Notes: generated from the letters alone by a model not told the origin. A stretch of 32,000 bases of DNA from Paracoccus suum (GCF_003324675.1 NZ_CP030918.1:1920001-1952000), one strand, 5' to 3'. Shown: positions 16,417-25,398, counted from the first letter of the stretch. A program made the numbers and translations.

Positions 16417-17085
16417 ATGATCAGCCTCCTCCAACAGACCGCGATCCCGGCCGCGACCGAGGCGCATCAGCCGTCCGCAGACGTGGCGGGAACGACCTCG
16501 GTCGTGACGACCACCACGGATGGCGCGGCCACCGCGGCCGACCACGTCACTGCGGCCGCCGCCGGCGGTCACGAGGCGGTCGCCTCGGTCGGCATGCCGC
16601 AACTCGACATCACCACCTTTGCCAACCAGATCTTCTGGCTGGCGCTGACGCTGCTGCTGATCTGGTGGGTGCTCTCGCGCGTCGCTCTGCCGCGTATCGG
16701 TGGCGTGCTGGCCGACCGCCAGAACGCCATCGGCGGCGATCTAGGCGCGGCCGAGGAATTCAAGCGCAAGGCGCGCGACGCCGAGGCCGCCTACGAGCGT
16801 GCCCTGGCTGAGGCCCGCGGCGAGGCCCAAGGCATCGTCGCCCAGCAAAAGGCCGCCATCCAGGCCGAGGTCGATGCTGCGATCGCCCATGCCGATGCCG
16901 AAATCTCGGCCCGCGGTGCGGAATCCGAAGGCCGCATCAGCCAGATCAAGGCCAGTTCGCTGGATGACGCCCGCAGCGTCGCACGCGAGGTCACGGCCGA
17001 GCTGGTGAACGCCTTTGGCGGCCGGGCCGATGCCGACGCCGTCAGCGCCGCCGTCGACCACCGTCTGCAAGGGGTTGCCCGATGA
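16417..17085 (+). CDS. atpF2: F0F1 ATP synthase subunit b'
   Basis: 222 aa. MPQLDITTFANQIFWLALTLLLIWWVL TM segment, then a long Ala/Glu/Arg coiled coil. About 60-aa Thr/Ala-rich N-terminal extension, so the start is uncertain. Its stop overlaps the atpF start (ATGA). Confidence 0.85.
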   Translation: MISLLQQTAIPAATEAHQPSADVAGTTSVVTTTTDGAATAADHVTAAAAGGHEAVASVGMPQLDITTFANQIFWLALTLLLIWWVLSRVALPRIGGVLADRQNAIGGDLGAAEEFKRKARDAEAAYERALAEARGEAQGIVAQQKAAIQAEVDAAIAHADAEISARGAESEGRISQIKASSLDDARSVAREVTAELVNAFGGRADADAVSAAVDHRLQGVAR

Positions 17086-17645
17086 ACCGTCTCGCCCTCA
17101 GCGCCGCCCTGTCCGGCCTCGTCGCCTCTCCGGCGCTCGCCGCTACCGGGCCGTTCTTTTCGCTGCGCAACACCGACTTTGTCGTGCTGCTGGCGTTCCT
17201 GCTGTTCCTGGCGATCCTGTTCTACTTCAAGGTGCCGGCCGCGATCGGCAACCACCTGGACAAGCGGGCCGTCGACATTCGCGCCGACCTCGACGAGGCG
17301 CGTCGCCTGCGCGACGAGGCGCAGGAGATCTATGCCTCCTACGAGCGCCGCCAGCGCGAAGTGAAGGGCCAAGCCGAAGAGATCGTGGCCAACGCCCGCC
17401 GCGAGGCCGAGGCTGGCGCCGCGAAAGCCAAGCGCGACCTCGAGGTGTCGATCGAGCGCCGGCTGAAGTCGGCGCAGGATCAGATCGCCTCGGCCGAGGC
17501 GGATGCCGTGCGCGCGGTGCGCGACCGTGCCGTCCAGACGGCAGTTGCCGCGGCGAGTGACATCCTGCGTACCCAGGGCACGCCCGAGACACGCAGCGCT
17601 GCGATCGACCGGGCTATCGATGACGTGGCCGCGCGCTTTCACTGA
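17082..17645 (+). CDS. atpF: F0F1 ATP synthase subunit b
   Basis: 187 aa. N-terminal TM (FVVLLAFLLFLAILFYF) followed by a charged coiled coil (DEARRLRDEAQEIYASYERRQREVKGQAEEIVANARREAE). Confidence 0.85.
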   Translation: MNRLALSAALSGLVASPALAATGPFFSLRNTDFVVLLAFLLFLAILFYFKVPAAIGNHLDKRAVDIRADLDEARRLRDEAQEIYASYERRQREVKGQAEEIVANARREAEAGAAKAKRDLEVSIERRLKSAQDQIASAEADAVRAVRDRAVQTAVAAASDILRTQGTPETRSAAIDRAIDDVAARFH

Positions 17646-17667
17646 GCCGCGCCACCGCCGCAACCTG

Positions 17668-17695
17668 ACGCCCGCAACCCGTTGCGGGCGTTTTG
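17668..17695 (+). terminator. rho-independent terminator of the atp F0 operon
   Basis: ACGCCCGCAA (17668-17677) pairs perfectly with TTGCGGGCGT (17682-17691). Loop CCCG, followed by TTTTG. Confidence 0.8.
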
Positions 17696-17870
17696 CGTTG
17701 ACCAGTCACATCGCGCGCCCGGCGTTGTGACAGGTTTTCAAGCAATGCGAATGGCTTGCGTTGGGAACCGATGCTATCAACGCGCAGTTTCCATTGCGCA
17801 GCGGGATGCCCGCCGCGCGTTGCGAGATTTGAATGGCCGTGGATGACGGCCGCTGACAAGGACGACTCAG

Positions 17871-18530
17871 ATGAAACTTCGCGCCCCTCTGATCCTCGCC
17901 ACGGCTGGCGTCATGGCTGTTTCGGCTTGTGCCACTGACCAGCTTGGCAACCCCGTCCCGGCGAACCGCGCCCAGACCGGGGCCATCCTCGGCGCTGCCG
18001 CCGGCGCCGCCTATGGACTGCAGCGTGACAGCGACAGCTCGAACAAGGGCCGGGACATCGTCCGCGGCGCTGCTGCCGGTGCCCTGGTCGGCGGCCTCGC
18101 CGGCTCGGCGCTCGACGCGCAGGCCCGCGCCCTGCAGCAGTCGGTCACCACTCCCGGTGTCACGGTCGTCAAGAACGGCAACGTGATCAACGTCAACTTG
18201 CCGGAATCGATCCTGTTCGCCACGGACTCGGCCGCGGTTTCGGGCGTTGCGGTCAATGACCTTTATAGCATTGCGCGCAACCTGAACTCGTATCCGAACA
18301 CCCGCGTCGACGTGATCGGCCACACTGACAACACCGGCAGCGCCGCGCATAACCAGGACCTGTCCGAGCGTCGCGCCCGCGCTGTCGCCGGCATCCTCAG
18401 CGCCGGCGGCGTCGCCTCGAACCGGATTGCGACCGCGGGCCGTGGCTTCACTCAGCCCATCGCCTCGAACGCGACACCGCAGGGCCGCGCCCAGAACCGC
18501 CGGGTCGAGATCATCATCCGCCCGATGTGA
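17871..18530 (+). CDS. OmpA-family peptidoglycan-binding lipoprotein
   Basis: 219 aa. Lipobox (AVSAC), glycine-zipper segment (GAILGAAAGAAYG...GAAAGALVGGLAGSAL), and OmpA_C domain (FATDSAAV...VIGHTDNTGSAAHNQDLSERRARAV...NRRVEIII). Confidence 0.85.
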   Translation: MKLRAPLILATAGVMAVSACATDQLGNPVPANRAQTGAILGAAAGAAYGLQRDSDSSNKGRDIVRGAAAGALVGGLAGSALDAQARALQQSVTTPGVTVVKNGNVINVNLPESILFATDSAAVSGVAVNDLYSIARNLNSYPNTRVDVIGHTDNTGSAAHNQDLSERRARAVAGILSAGGVASNRIATAGRGFTQPIASNATPQGRAQNRRVEIIIRPM

Positions 18531-18552
18531 TCGCTGGCTGATCCGCTTGCAG

Positions 18553-18586
18553 GGGGCCGGGCCGAAAGGTCTGGCCCTTCGCTTTG
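18553..18586 (+). terminator. hairpin with GAAA tetraloop after the ompA-like gene (possible terminator)
   Basis: 18553-18563 pairs with 18568-18578 (11 bp including G-U pairs) around GAAA (18564-18567). A weak T-containing tail (TCGCTTTG) follows. Confidence 0.4.
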
Positions 18587-18636
18587 CGGCGGCGGCGCCG
18601 GCTTGCCAAGGCGCCGCCCCGCCGTCATGACAGGGC

Positions 18637-19290
18637 ATGGCCCGCCTCCCAGCCCCCTTGCCCTATGCCGCGCAAATGGCGGTCTTCGAACGCTTTGCCG
18701 CAGCGCAGCCGCAGCCGCTGACCGAACTGGTCTACACCAACGCCTTCACCCTGCTGGTCGCGGTCGCACTCTCGGCGCAATCGACCGACGCTGGCGTGAA
18801 CCGCGCCACTGGGCCGTTGTTCGCCCGCGCCGACACCCCCGCCGCGATGCTGGCGATCGGCGAGGCCGAGTTGACCGAGGCGATCCGCACCCTCGGCCTC
18901 TTCCGGCAAAAGGCCCGCAATGTCATCCGCCTTTCGGAAATTCTTATCGAGCGTTATGGCGGCGAGGTCCCGTCCTCGCGCGCGGCCCTGACCAGCTTGC
19001 CGGGCGTCGGGCGCAAAACTGCCAACGTAGTTCTGAATTGCATCTGGGGCCTGCCCGCGCAAGCGGTCGACACGCATATCTTTCGCGTCGCCAACCGCAC
19101 CCAACTCGCCCCCGGCGCGGATGTTGAGGCAGCCGAGCGCGCGATCGAGGATAACGTCCCCGCCTTCGCGCAGACCCGCGCCCACCACTGGCTGATCCTG
19201 CACGGACGCCATATCTGTCAGGCCCGTCGCCCGCGCTGTCCCGATTGTTTGATCGCCGACCTGTGTCCCTACCCGGAGAAGACTTTATGA
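18637..19290 (+). CDS. nth: endonuclease III (DNA-(apurinic/apyrimidinic site) lyase)
   Basis: 217 aa. HhH-GPD motif (LTSLPGVGRKTANVVL), catalytic-Asp context VDTHIFRV, and 4Fe-4S ligands C-x6-C-x2-C-x5-C (CQARRPRCPDCLIADLC). Confidence 0.92.
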   Translation: MARLPAPLPYAAQMAVFERFAAAQPQPLTELVYTNAFTLLVAVALSAQSTDAGVNRATGPLFARADTPAAMLAIGEAELTEAIRTLGLFRQKARNVIRLSEILIERYGGEVPSSRAALTSLPGVGRKTANVVLNCIWGLPAQAVDTHIFRVANRTQLAPGADVEAAERAIEDNVPAFAQTRAHHWLILHGRHICQARRPRCPDCLIADLCPYPEKTL

Positions 19291-20297
19291 GCACCCCTCG
19301 CCGCTATGACGTGGTCGGCATCGGTAATGCGGTCATGGACGTGATCGCGACGACCGATGACGCGACCCTCACCCGGCTCGGGGTCGACAAGGGGATCATG
19401 CAACTGGTCGATCGCGCCCGGTCCGAATTCCTGATGGCGGCTCAGGCGGCGGACGTCCACCGCGCGCAACTGGTGCCCGGCGGATCGGTTGCCAACACAC
19501 TGGCCGGGATCGGCCGGCTGGGCTTGGGCACTGCGTTCATCGGCCGCGTGGCGCAGGATGAACTGGGCCTCGGCTACGCCCGCGAGACCGAGACCGAGGG
19601 CTGCGCCTTCGTCAACCCGCCGGTCGCGGGCGAGGCGCTGCCGACTTCGCGCTCGATCATCCTTGTGACGCCGGATGGCGAGCGTTCGATGAACACCTAC
19701 CTCGGAATCTCGGCCGAGCTGTCGCCCGCCGACGTGGACCCGGCAGTGTTCGCGGGCGGGCCGTGGCTATTCCTCGAGGGCTACCTGTTCGACCGGCCCG
19801 AGGGGAAGGCCGCCTTCCTTAAAGCCGCCGAGGCCTGCCATGCGGCCGGTGGTCAGGCCGGGATCGCCCTCTCCGATCCGTTCTGCGTCGATCGTCATCG
19901 CGAGGATTTTCGTCGCCTGGTCGCCGGGCCGATGGATTACGTCATTGGCAACGTCCATGAATGGCAATCGCTTTATCAGGTCGAAGACCTAGAGGAGGCA
20001 CTGGGCCTCGCGGCGGCCGATTGCGGCACGGTCATCTGCACCCGCTCGGGCGAGGATGCCATCCTGATCCGCGGGACCGAACGGGTGACCGCCCCTGTCC
20101 GGAAAGTGGTGCCGGTTGACGCCACCGGCGCCGGCGATCAGTTTGCCGCCGGCCTGATCTATGGCCTCGCGACCGGGGTGGGCCTCTCCGCCGCCGGACG
20201 CATGGGCTGCATCGCCGCGGCCGAGGTGATCGGCCATGTCGGTGCCCGCCCGCAACAGGACGTCAAGGCATTGTTGCGCGCCGAGGGGCTGGCGTGA
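19287..20297 (+). CDS. PfkB-family carbohydrate/nucleoside kinase (adenosine kinase-like)
   Basis: From ATG 19287, which overlaps the nth stop as [18 protein letters not shown]-terminus, GGSVANT motif, and the C-terminal PfkB signature [16 protein letters not shown]. Confidence 0.8.
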   Translation: MSTPRRYDVVGIGNAVMDVIATTDDATLTRLGVDKGIMQLVDRARSEFLMAAQAADVHRAQLVPGGSVANTLAGIGRLGLGTAFIGRVAQDELGLGYARETETEGCAFVNPPVAGEALPTSRSIILVTPDGERSMNTYLGISAELSPADVDPAVFAGGPWLFLEGYLFDRPEGKAAFLKAAEACHAAGGQAGIALSDPFCVDRHREDFRRLVAGPMDYVIGNVHEWQSLYQVEDLEEALGLAAADCGTVICTRSGEDAILIRGTERVTAPVRKVVPVDATGAGDQFAAGLIYGLATGVGLSAAGRMGCIAAAEVIGHVGARPQQDVKALLRAEGLA

Positions 20298-21421
20298 GCG
20301 GCTTTGCCTTCGACCTGACCGCGACTGACGGCGCCGCCCGGACAGGGATCATCTCGACGCCACGCGGGCAGATCCGCACGCCGGCCTTCATGCCGGTCGG
20401 CACCGCCGCGACCGTCAAGGCGATGCTGCCCGGCTCGGTCCGCGAGACCGGGGCGGATATCCTTCTGGGCAACACCTATCACCTGATGCTGCGCCCGGGG
20501 GCCGAGCGCATCGCCCGGCTGGGCGGCCTGCACCGGTTCATGAACTGGGACGGGCCTATCCTGACCGACTCCGGCGGCTTTCAGGTCATGAGCCTCGCCG
20601 GGCTGCGCAAGCTCACCGAGGCGGGGGTGACCTTCGCCAGCCACATCGACGGCAGTCGGCATCTGCTCTCGCCCGAAACCAGCATGGAGATCCAGCGCCT
20701 GCTCGGTTCGGACATCGTCATGGCCTTCGATGAATGTCCGGCGCTGCCGGCAACCGAGGACGCGGTCGCCGCCTCGATGCGGCTGTCGATGCGCTGGGCA
20801 CAGCGCTCTCGCGATGCCTTCGGGGACCGGCCCGGCCATGCGCTGTTCGGGATCATGCAGGGCGGCGTCTCACCCGACCTGCGCGCCGAAAGCGCGGCGG
20901 CGCTGACCGCCATCGGCTTTGACGGCTATGCCATCGGTGGCCTCGCAGTGGGCGAGGGGCAGGAGGCGATGTTAGGCGTGCTGGACTACGCGCCGGGCCT
21001 GCTACCGCAGGACAAGCCGCGCTACCTGATGGGCGTCGGCAAGCCCGACGACATCGTCGGCGCCGTGCAGCGCGGCGTCGACATGATGGACTGCGTGCTG
21101 CCCTCGCGCTCGGGCCGGACCGGGCAGGCCTGGACCCGGCGCGGACAGGTCAACCTGCGCAACGCCCGCCACGCCGACGATCCGCGCCCGCTGGACAAGG
21201 ATTGCGGCTGCCCCGCATGCCGCGGCTACTCGCGCGCCTACCTGCACCACGTCGTGCGCGCCGGCGAGATGATCGCCGGTATGCTGCTGACCTGGCACAA
21301 CCTGCATTACTATCAGCAGCTCATGGCTGGCCTGCGCGCCGCCATCGCCGCGGGCCGGCTGGGGGATTTCGCGGACGACTTCCACGCCCTGCGGGCAGAA
21401 GGTGACATCGCACCAATCTAA
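20294..21421 (+). CDS. tgt: tRNA-guanine(34) transglycosylase (queuine tRNA-ribosyltransferase)
   Basis: 375 aa. [32 protein letters not shown], and the zinc site [19 protein letters not shown] start overlaps the kinase stop (GTGA). Confidence 0.95.
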   Translation: MSGFAFDLTATDGAARTGIISTPRGQIRTPAFMPVGTAATVKAMLPGSVRETGADILLGNTYHLMLRPGAERIARLGGLHRFMNWDGPILTDSGGFQVMSLAGLRKLTEAGVTFASHIDGSRHLLSPETSMEIQRLLGSDIVMAFDECPALPATEDAVAASMRLSMRWAQRSRDAFGDRPGHALFGIMQGGVSPDLRAESAAALTAIGFDGYAIGGLAVGEGQEAMLGVLDYAPGLLPQDKPRYLMGVGKPDDIVGAVQRGVDMMDCVLPSRSGRTGQAWTRRGQVNLRNARHADDPRPLDKDCGCPACRGYSRAYLHHVVRAGEMIAGMLLTWHNLHYYQQLMAGLRAAIAAGRLGDFADDFHALRAEGDIAPI

Positions 21422-21610
21422 CCACGGCAACGAGGGCGCCCTTCGCTGCGCCGGACCGCCCAGATGAAATGAGGCGCCTCCATCCTGCTGGCTGGCCAGC
21501 CGCAAGGAAGCTGTCCTCAATGTCCCGCCGACTTTAACCCTTCCTTAAGTCTGCATGTACCAAACTTCCCCCACGGTACAGGCGGGGAGGCCGATGACCG
21601 TCAACGCAAA

Positions 21611-21638
21611 GCGCCGCGTCCCTTCCGGGGCGCGGCGT
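21611..21638 (+). other. GC-rich hairpin in the tgt/fpr spacer
   Basis: CGCCGCGTCCC (21612-21622) pairs with GGGGCGCGGCG (21627-21637): 11 bp with one G-U, loop TTCC. The tail is not immediately U-rich. Confidence 0.45.
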
Positions 21639-21671
21639 CAGCCTGTTTGCGTTGGCGAAATATCCCACGGG

Positions 21672-21705
21672 GGCCCGGGGGTGGGAAACCCCCGGCTGTT
21701 TTGTC
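21672..21705 (+). terminator. rho-independent terminator (plus-strand orientation favoured) in the tgt/fpr spacer
   Basis: CCGGGGGT (21675-21682) pairs perfectly with ACCCCCGG (21688-21695). One or two flanking pairs extend the stem. Followed by CTGTTTTGTCTG. Confidence 0.6.
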
Positions 21706-21723
21706 TGCACGAGGGCAGTCCCC

Positions 21724-22545
21724 TCAGATCCCGTCGCCGACGAAGGCCTTTTCGACCACGAACTCGCGCGGCTCGCTGTTGGCCCCTTCGTTCAGGCCTA
21801 ACCCTTCCAGCACAGCCTTGACGTCGAGGTTAAAGGCCAGGCTGCCGCAGATCATCGCCCGGTCCGTCCCAGGCGTCATCGCCGGCAGGCCCAGATCGGC
21901 AAACACCTTGCCCGAGGTCAGGTTGTCGGTGATCCGGCCCATGCGGGGCGAGGCCTCCCGCGTGGTGGTCGGGTAATACAGCAGCCTGCCCTCGACCATC
22001 TCGCCGATCAGCGGATCGTCCTTCAGGCTCTCGACCAGGCGGCGGCCGTATTCCAGTTCGGACGCCTCGCGGCAAGTGTGCATCAGCACGACCGTGCCGA
22101 ACCGCTCATAGGTCTCGGGATCGCGAATCAACGAGGCGAAGGGCGCAAGGCCCGTGCCGGTCGCCAGCAGCCACAGCCGCTCCCCCGGCAGCAGAGCGTC
22201 GTGGACCAGTGTGCCGACCGGCTTGGGGCGCAGAACGATCGGATCGCCCACCCGGATATGCTGGAGGCGCGAGGTCAGCGGCCCGTCCGGCACCTTGATC
22301 GAATAGAACTCCAACTCGTCATCCCAGTTGGGCGAGGCGATGGAATAGGCCCGGAGCAGCGGCTTGCCGTTCTCGCCGGCAAGACCGATCATCACGAACT
22401 CGCCCGAGCGGAACCGCAGCGAGGCGGGCCGCGTACAGCGAAAGCTGAACAGCCTGTCGGTCCAGTGGGTGACCGAGGTGACGGTCTGCGTGTCAGGCAT
22501 GGTCACCTTCGGGGCGGCAATGGCGATGGTCTGGTTCACGGTCAC
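21724..22545 (-). CDS. fpr: ferredoxin--NADP(+) reductase, bacterial Fpr type
   Basis: 273 aa. SVTHWTDRLFSFRCTRPASLRFRSGEFVMIGL (FAD-binding barrel), RAYSIASP, LLATGTGLAPF (NADP-binding), and a C-terminal VVEKAFV. GTG start with GGAG SD; an ATG 15 codons downstream is an alternative start. Confidence 0.9.
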   Translation of the reverse strand: MTVNQTIAIAAPKVTMPDTQTVTSVTHWTDRLFSFRCTRPASLRFRSGEFVMIGLAGENGKPLLRAYSIASPNWDDELEFYSIKVPDGPLTSRLQHIRVGDPIVLRPKPVGTLVHDALLPGERLWLLATGTGLAPFASLIRDPETYERFGTVVLMHTCREASELEYGRRLVESLKDDPLIGEMVEGRLLYYPTTTREASPRMGRITDNLTSGKVFADLGLPAMTPGTDRAMICGSLAFNLDVKAVLEGLGLNEGANSEPREFVVEKAFVGDGI

Positions 22546-22661
22546 GGCTCCGGCTTGGGCAGAGGCGTTCTACGCCTTGCAGGCGCGCGCGGAAAGCCGG
22601 TCGCGGCGGAAAAGGGCTGCGGCATGGGTTCGCGGCCTGCGGTGAAACGCCCGTTCGGGCT

Positions 22662-23120
22662 TTAGTCGTCGACCACCGACAAAAGCTCAGGGACAGCGGG
22701 GCAGGGCAGAAGGCGGTTCCGGGCGACATCCGACAGCGTGGTGTTGTGCAGGAACACATAGACATGCGCGCTGAGGCTTTGCCACAGCCGGTTCGACAGA
22801 GATTGTGCGAGGCTGCCCGAGATGGCGCCGGAGGCACCGGCACCGACATGCAGCGCGCTGACGGTCTCATCCACGGCGGACAGCACGTCGACCAAGTTGA
22901 TCTCCTCCGCCGGACGCGAAAGGCGGTAGCCGCCGCCCGGTCCGCGGGCCGACTTCACCAGCCCGGCGCGCCTCAGGCGGACGAAAAGCTGCTCCAGATA
23001 AGGTAGCGAAATGTCCTGGCGGCGCGAGATTTCGGCCAGCGAGGCAGGCTCGTCGCCCTTCAGCATGGCGAGGTCAACCAGCGCCACCACCGCATAACGG
23101 CCCTTCGTGGACAGCTTCAT
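22662..23120 (-). CDS. Rrf2-family transcriptional regulator (IscR/NsrR-like fold, lacking the canonical Cys triad)
   Basis: From ATG 23120 (AAGGGGA SD): MKLSTKGRYAVVALVDLA...ISLPYLEQLFVRLRRAGLVKSARGPGGGYRL is the Rrf2 signature. The 152-aa protein has only one Cys (LLPCPAV). Confidence 0.85.
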   Translation of the reverse strand: MKLSTKGRYAVVALVDLAMLKGDEPASLAEISRRQDISLPYLEQLFVRLRRAGLVKSARGPGGGYRLSRPAEEINLVDVLSAVDETVSALHVGAGASGAISGSLAQSLSNRLWQSLSAHVYVFLHNTTLSDVARNRLLPCPAVPELLSVVDD

Positions 23121-23146
23121 GACGGTCCCCTTGCCACATCGGCGTC

Positions 23147-23166
23147 CGTTCGCTTGCACGCGAACG
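23147..23166. promoter_or_regulatory. perfect inverted repeat CGTTCGC-N6-GCGAACG upstream of the Rrf2 gene
   Basis: Arms at 23147-23153 and 23160-23166. It begins 27 nt upstream of the Rrf2 start, in the divergent spacer shared with the hydrolase gene. Confidence 0.3.
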
Positions 23167-23248
23167 CCCGATGCCCCACATAGAGGCAATCACTAGGCCT
23201 GCGCCCCCGCGCGGTCAAGAACAGCACCGTCAGGATCGTCAACATCCC

Positions 23249-23908
23249 ATGCCCGAACTGATCTTTCCCGGCCCCGAGGGCCGCCTAGAGGCGCGCTATC
23301 ATCCCCAGCCTGCCCGCGATGCCCCCATTGCCATCGTCCTGCATCCGCACCCGCAATATGGCGGGACGATGAACAACCGCGTGGTCTACAATCTGCACTA
23401 CGCGTTCCACCGTATGGGCTTCACGGTGATGCGGTTCAACTTCCGGGGCGTCGGGCGCAGCCAGGGCGAATACGACCAGGGCATTGGCGAGTTGTCGGAC
23501 GCGGCATCGGCGCTCGATTACCTGCAGGCGATGAATCCCAACAGCAAGCACTGCTGGGTCGCAGGCTTCAGCTTCGGCGCATGGATCGGCATGCAGCTGT
23601 TGATGCGCCGCCCCGAGATCACGGGCTTTGTCAGCGTCGCGCCGCCCGCGAACATGTATGACTTCACTTTTCTTGCGCCGTGCCCGGCTTCGGGGCTGAT
23701 CATCAACGGTACCGCGGACCGCGTGGCCGTGCCCAAGGATACAGCGACGCTGGTCGGCAAGCTGCGCGAGCAGAAGGGTATCACTGTCACCCACGAGATC
23801 GTTGACGGTGCGGACCACTTCTTCCGGGACGACGAAGCCCACATGAAGCCGATGATCGACACGGTGCAGAGCTATGTGCGCCGCCGCCTGACCGAGACGA
23901 CGCGCTGA
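23249..23908 (+). CDS. alpha/beta-fold hydrolase
   Basis: 219 aa from ATG 23249. Nucleophile-elbow-like GFSFGA, HPHPQYGGTMNN, and a C-terminal DGADHFF, typical of a small conserved alpha/beta hydrolase family. Confidence 0.7.
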   Translation: MPELIFPGPEGRLEARYHPQPARDAPIAIVLHPHPQYGGTMNNRVVYNLHYAFHRMGFTVMRFNFRGVGRSQGEYDQGIGELSDAASALDYLQAMNPNSKHCWVAGFSFGAWIGMQLLMRRPEITGFVSVAPPANMYDFTFLAPCPASGLIINGTADRVAVPKDTATLVGKLREQKGITVTHEIVDGADHFFRDDEAHMKPMIDTVQSYVRRRLTETTR

Positions 23909-23917
23909 CTACCGGCT

Positions 23918-23955
23918 GACACATCGGGACCGGTGGCAGCCGGCCCCGATGCGTC
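23918..23955. other. hairpin between the convergent hydrolase and osmC genes (possible bidirectional terminator, no U tracts)
   Basis: CATCGGG (23922-23928) pairs with CCCGATG (23945-23951). An inner CCGG/CCGG stem and outer extension are also possible. Confidence 0.35.
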
Positions 23956-23963
23956 ATACCGCC

Positions 23964-24389
23964 TCAACCGACGGTCAGGTCCAGCGTCACCTCGGCATTC
24001 AGCAGTTTGCTGACCGGGCAACCGCTTTTCGCGCCCTCGGCGGCGGTGCGGATCGTTTCTTCATCGCCCGACGCCGCCGACACCTTGGAGGTGAGGGCCG
24101 AGCGGGTGATGCTGAAGCCGTCGCCATCCTTTTCCAGCGTCACGGCGGCGGTCGTCTCGATCACCGGGTCGGTGACCCCGGCATCGCCAAGCGCCTTCGA
24201 GAGCGCCATCGAAAAGCAGGCTGCGTGGGCGGCGGCGATCAGCTCCTCCGGGTTGGTGCCGGTCACGCCTTCGAAGCGGGTGTTGAAGCCGTAAGGCTGC
24301 TTGTTCAGCGCGCCGGACTCTGTCGAGATCTGCCCGGTGCCGCCGCGAATGTCGCCCTGCCAGCGGGCCGAGCCGCGTTTCGTGGTCAT
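23964..24389 (-). CDS. osmC: OsmC-family peroxiredoxin
   Basis: 141 aa from ATG 24389 (GGAGG SD). GSARWQGDIRGGTG start, NPEELIAAAHAACFSMAL (first active Cys) and GCPVSKLL (second Cys) are OsmC hallmarks. Confidence 0.85.
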   Translation of the reverse strand: MTTKRGSARWQGDIRGGTGQISTESGALNKQPYGFNTRFEGVTGTNPEELIAAAHAACFSMALSKALGDAGVTDPVIETTAAVTLEKDGDGFSITRSALTSKVSAASGDEETIRTAAEGAKSGCPVSKLLNAEVTLDLTVG

Positions 24390-24502
24390 CGTGAAACCTC
24401 CGTTGATCAATGTCGTAGGCCGAACGCCGGACCGCTTGCCTCGGTTGCGCGGCAAGGCTAGCGATCGCGCTGCGGGCCGCTGAGGCCATCAGGGGGCGCG
24501 CG

Positions 24503-25393
24503 ATGTTCGAGTTGGCGGCACTGGGCGCGGCGCTGTGCTGGGCCGTGACGGGATTGGTCGGGGCTGGCCCCGCGCGGGCGGTGGGTCCCACCGCTTTCGG
24601 CTTTTACCGGCAAGGGATGGTAACGCTGATGCTGGGCGCGGTGACGCTGGTCACCGGCGGCTGGCAGTCGGTCACCGGCCATGACGCCGCCTGGCTCGCC
24701 CTCTCGGGGCTTGTCGGCGTTTTCCTGGGCGACACGCTGCTGTTCTTTTCGCTGGTCCGGCTCGGACCGCGCCGCGCGGGGGCGCTGTTTGCACTGAACG
24801 CGCCCATGGCCGCCCTGCTCGGCCGTGTGGTTCTGGGCGAAACCCTGCCGCCGCAGGGCTGGGCCGGGGTCGCGCTCTGCGCCGTCGGGGTGGCGGTGGC
24901 GGTCCTCGGCCGTCCGGGCCGCAGCGGCACCCACAGCTTCGAGGCGGTGCGCGGCCGGGTCTGGATCGGCGTCACCTTCGGCCTGTTGGCCGCTTTGGGA
25001 CAGGCTGGCGGCTCGCTAATCGCGCGGCCGGTCATGGCGGCGGGGCAGGTTGATGCCATGACCGCCTCGCTGATCCGGGTCGGGATCGCGGTTGTCTGCT
25101 CTTCGATCCTCGTCTCGCTGCCAATCAGGCAATTCCGCCCGCAAGCGCGGCTGACCCTGCGCCTCGGTGCTCAGATTGCGGCCTCGGGAGTCCTCGCGAT
25201 GCTGATCGGGATGACGCTGCTGCTGTTTGCGCTGTCAGGCGGCAAGGTCGGGATTGTCTCGACCCTGTCGGCGCTCTCGCCAGTGCTGATTCTGCCGGTG
25301 CTCTGGATCGTGACCGGGGCACGGCCCTCGGCGACGTCATGGGCGGGGGCGGCGATGGCGACCGTCGGGATGGCGCTGATCTTCCTGCGCTGA
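24503..25393 (+). CDS. DMT-superfamily (EamA-like) transporter
   Basis: 296 aa with about ten hydrophobic segments and the two-repeat architecture typical of EamA domains. Confidence 0.75.
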   Translation: MFELAALGAALCWAVTGLVGAGPARAVGPTAFGFYRQGMVTLMLGAVTLVTGGWQSVTGHDAAWLALSGLVGVFLGDTLLFFSLVRLGPRRAGALFALNAPMAALLGRVVLGETLPPQGWAGVALCAVGVAVAVLGRPGRSGTHSFEAVRGRVWIGVTFGLLAALGQAGGSLIARPVMAAGQVDAMTASLIRVGIAVVCSSILVSLPIRQFRPQARLTLRLGAQIAASGVLAMLIGMTLLLFALSGGKVGIVSTLSALSPVLILPVLWIVTGARPSATSWAGAAMATVGMALIFLR

Positions 25394-25398
25394 GGGCT

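Noticed and set aside
16791-18638. 290-aa and 310-aa minus-strand ORFs opposite atpF'/atpF and the ompA-like gene
   Set aside because: These are antisense shadows of genes with clear family signatures, with Arg/Gly-rich composition.
21555-21821. 88-aa ORF with internal GGGGAGG-N4-ATG (21583-21596) in the tgt/fpr spacer
   Set aside because: The frame runs straight through two terminator hairpins and into the 3' end of fpr on the opposite strand. The product is Arg/Pro-rich. More likely the SD-like G-run is part of RNA structure.
24403-24410. TTGATCAA palindrome in the osmC/DMT divergent spacer as an FNR/CRP-type box
   Set aside because: FNR-type sites need TTGAT-N4-ATCAA spacing. This 8-mer has no spacer and occurs only once.
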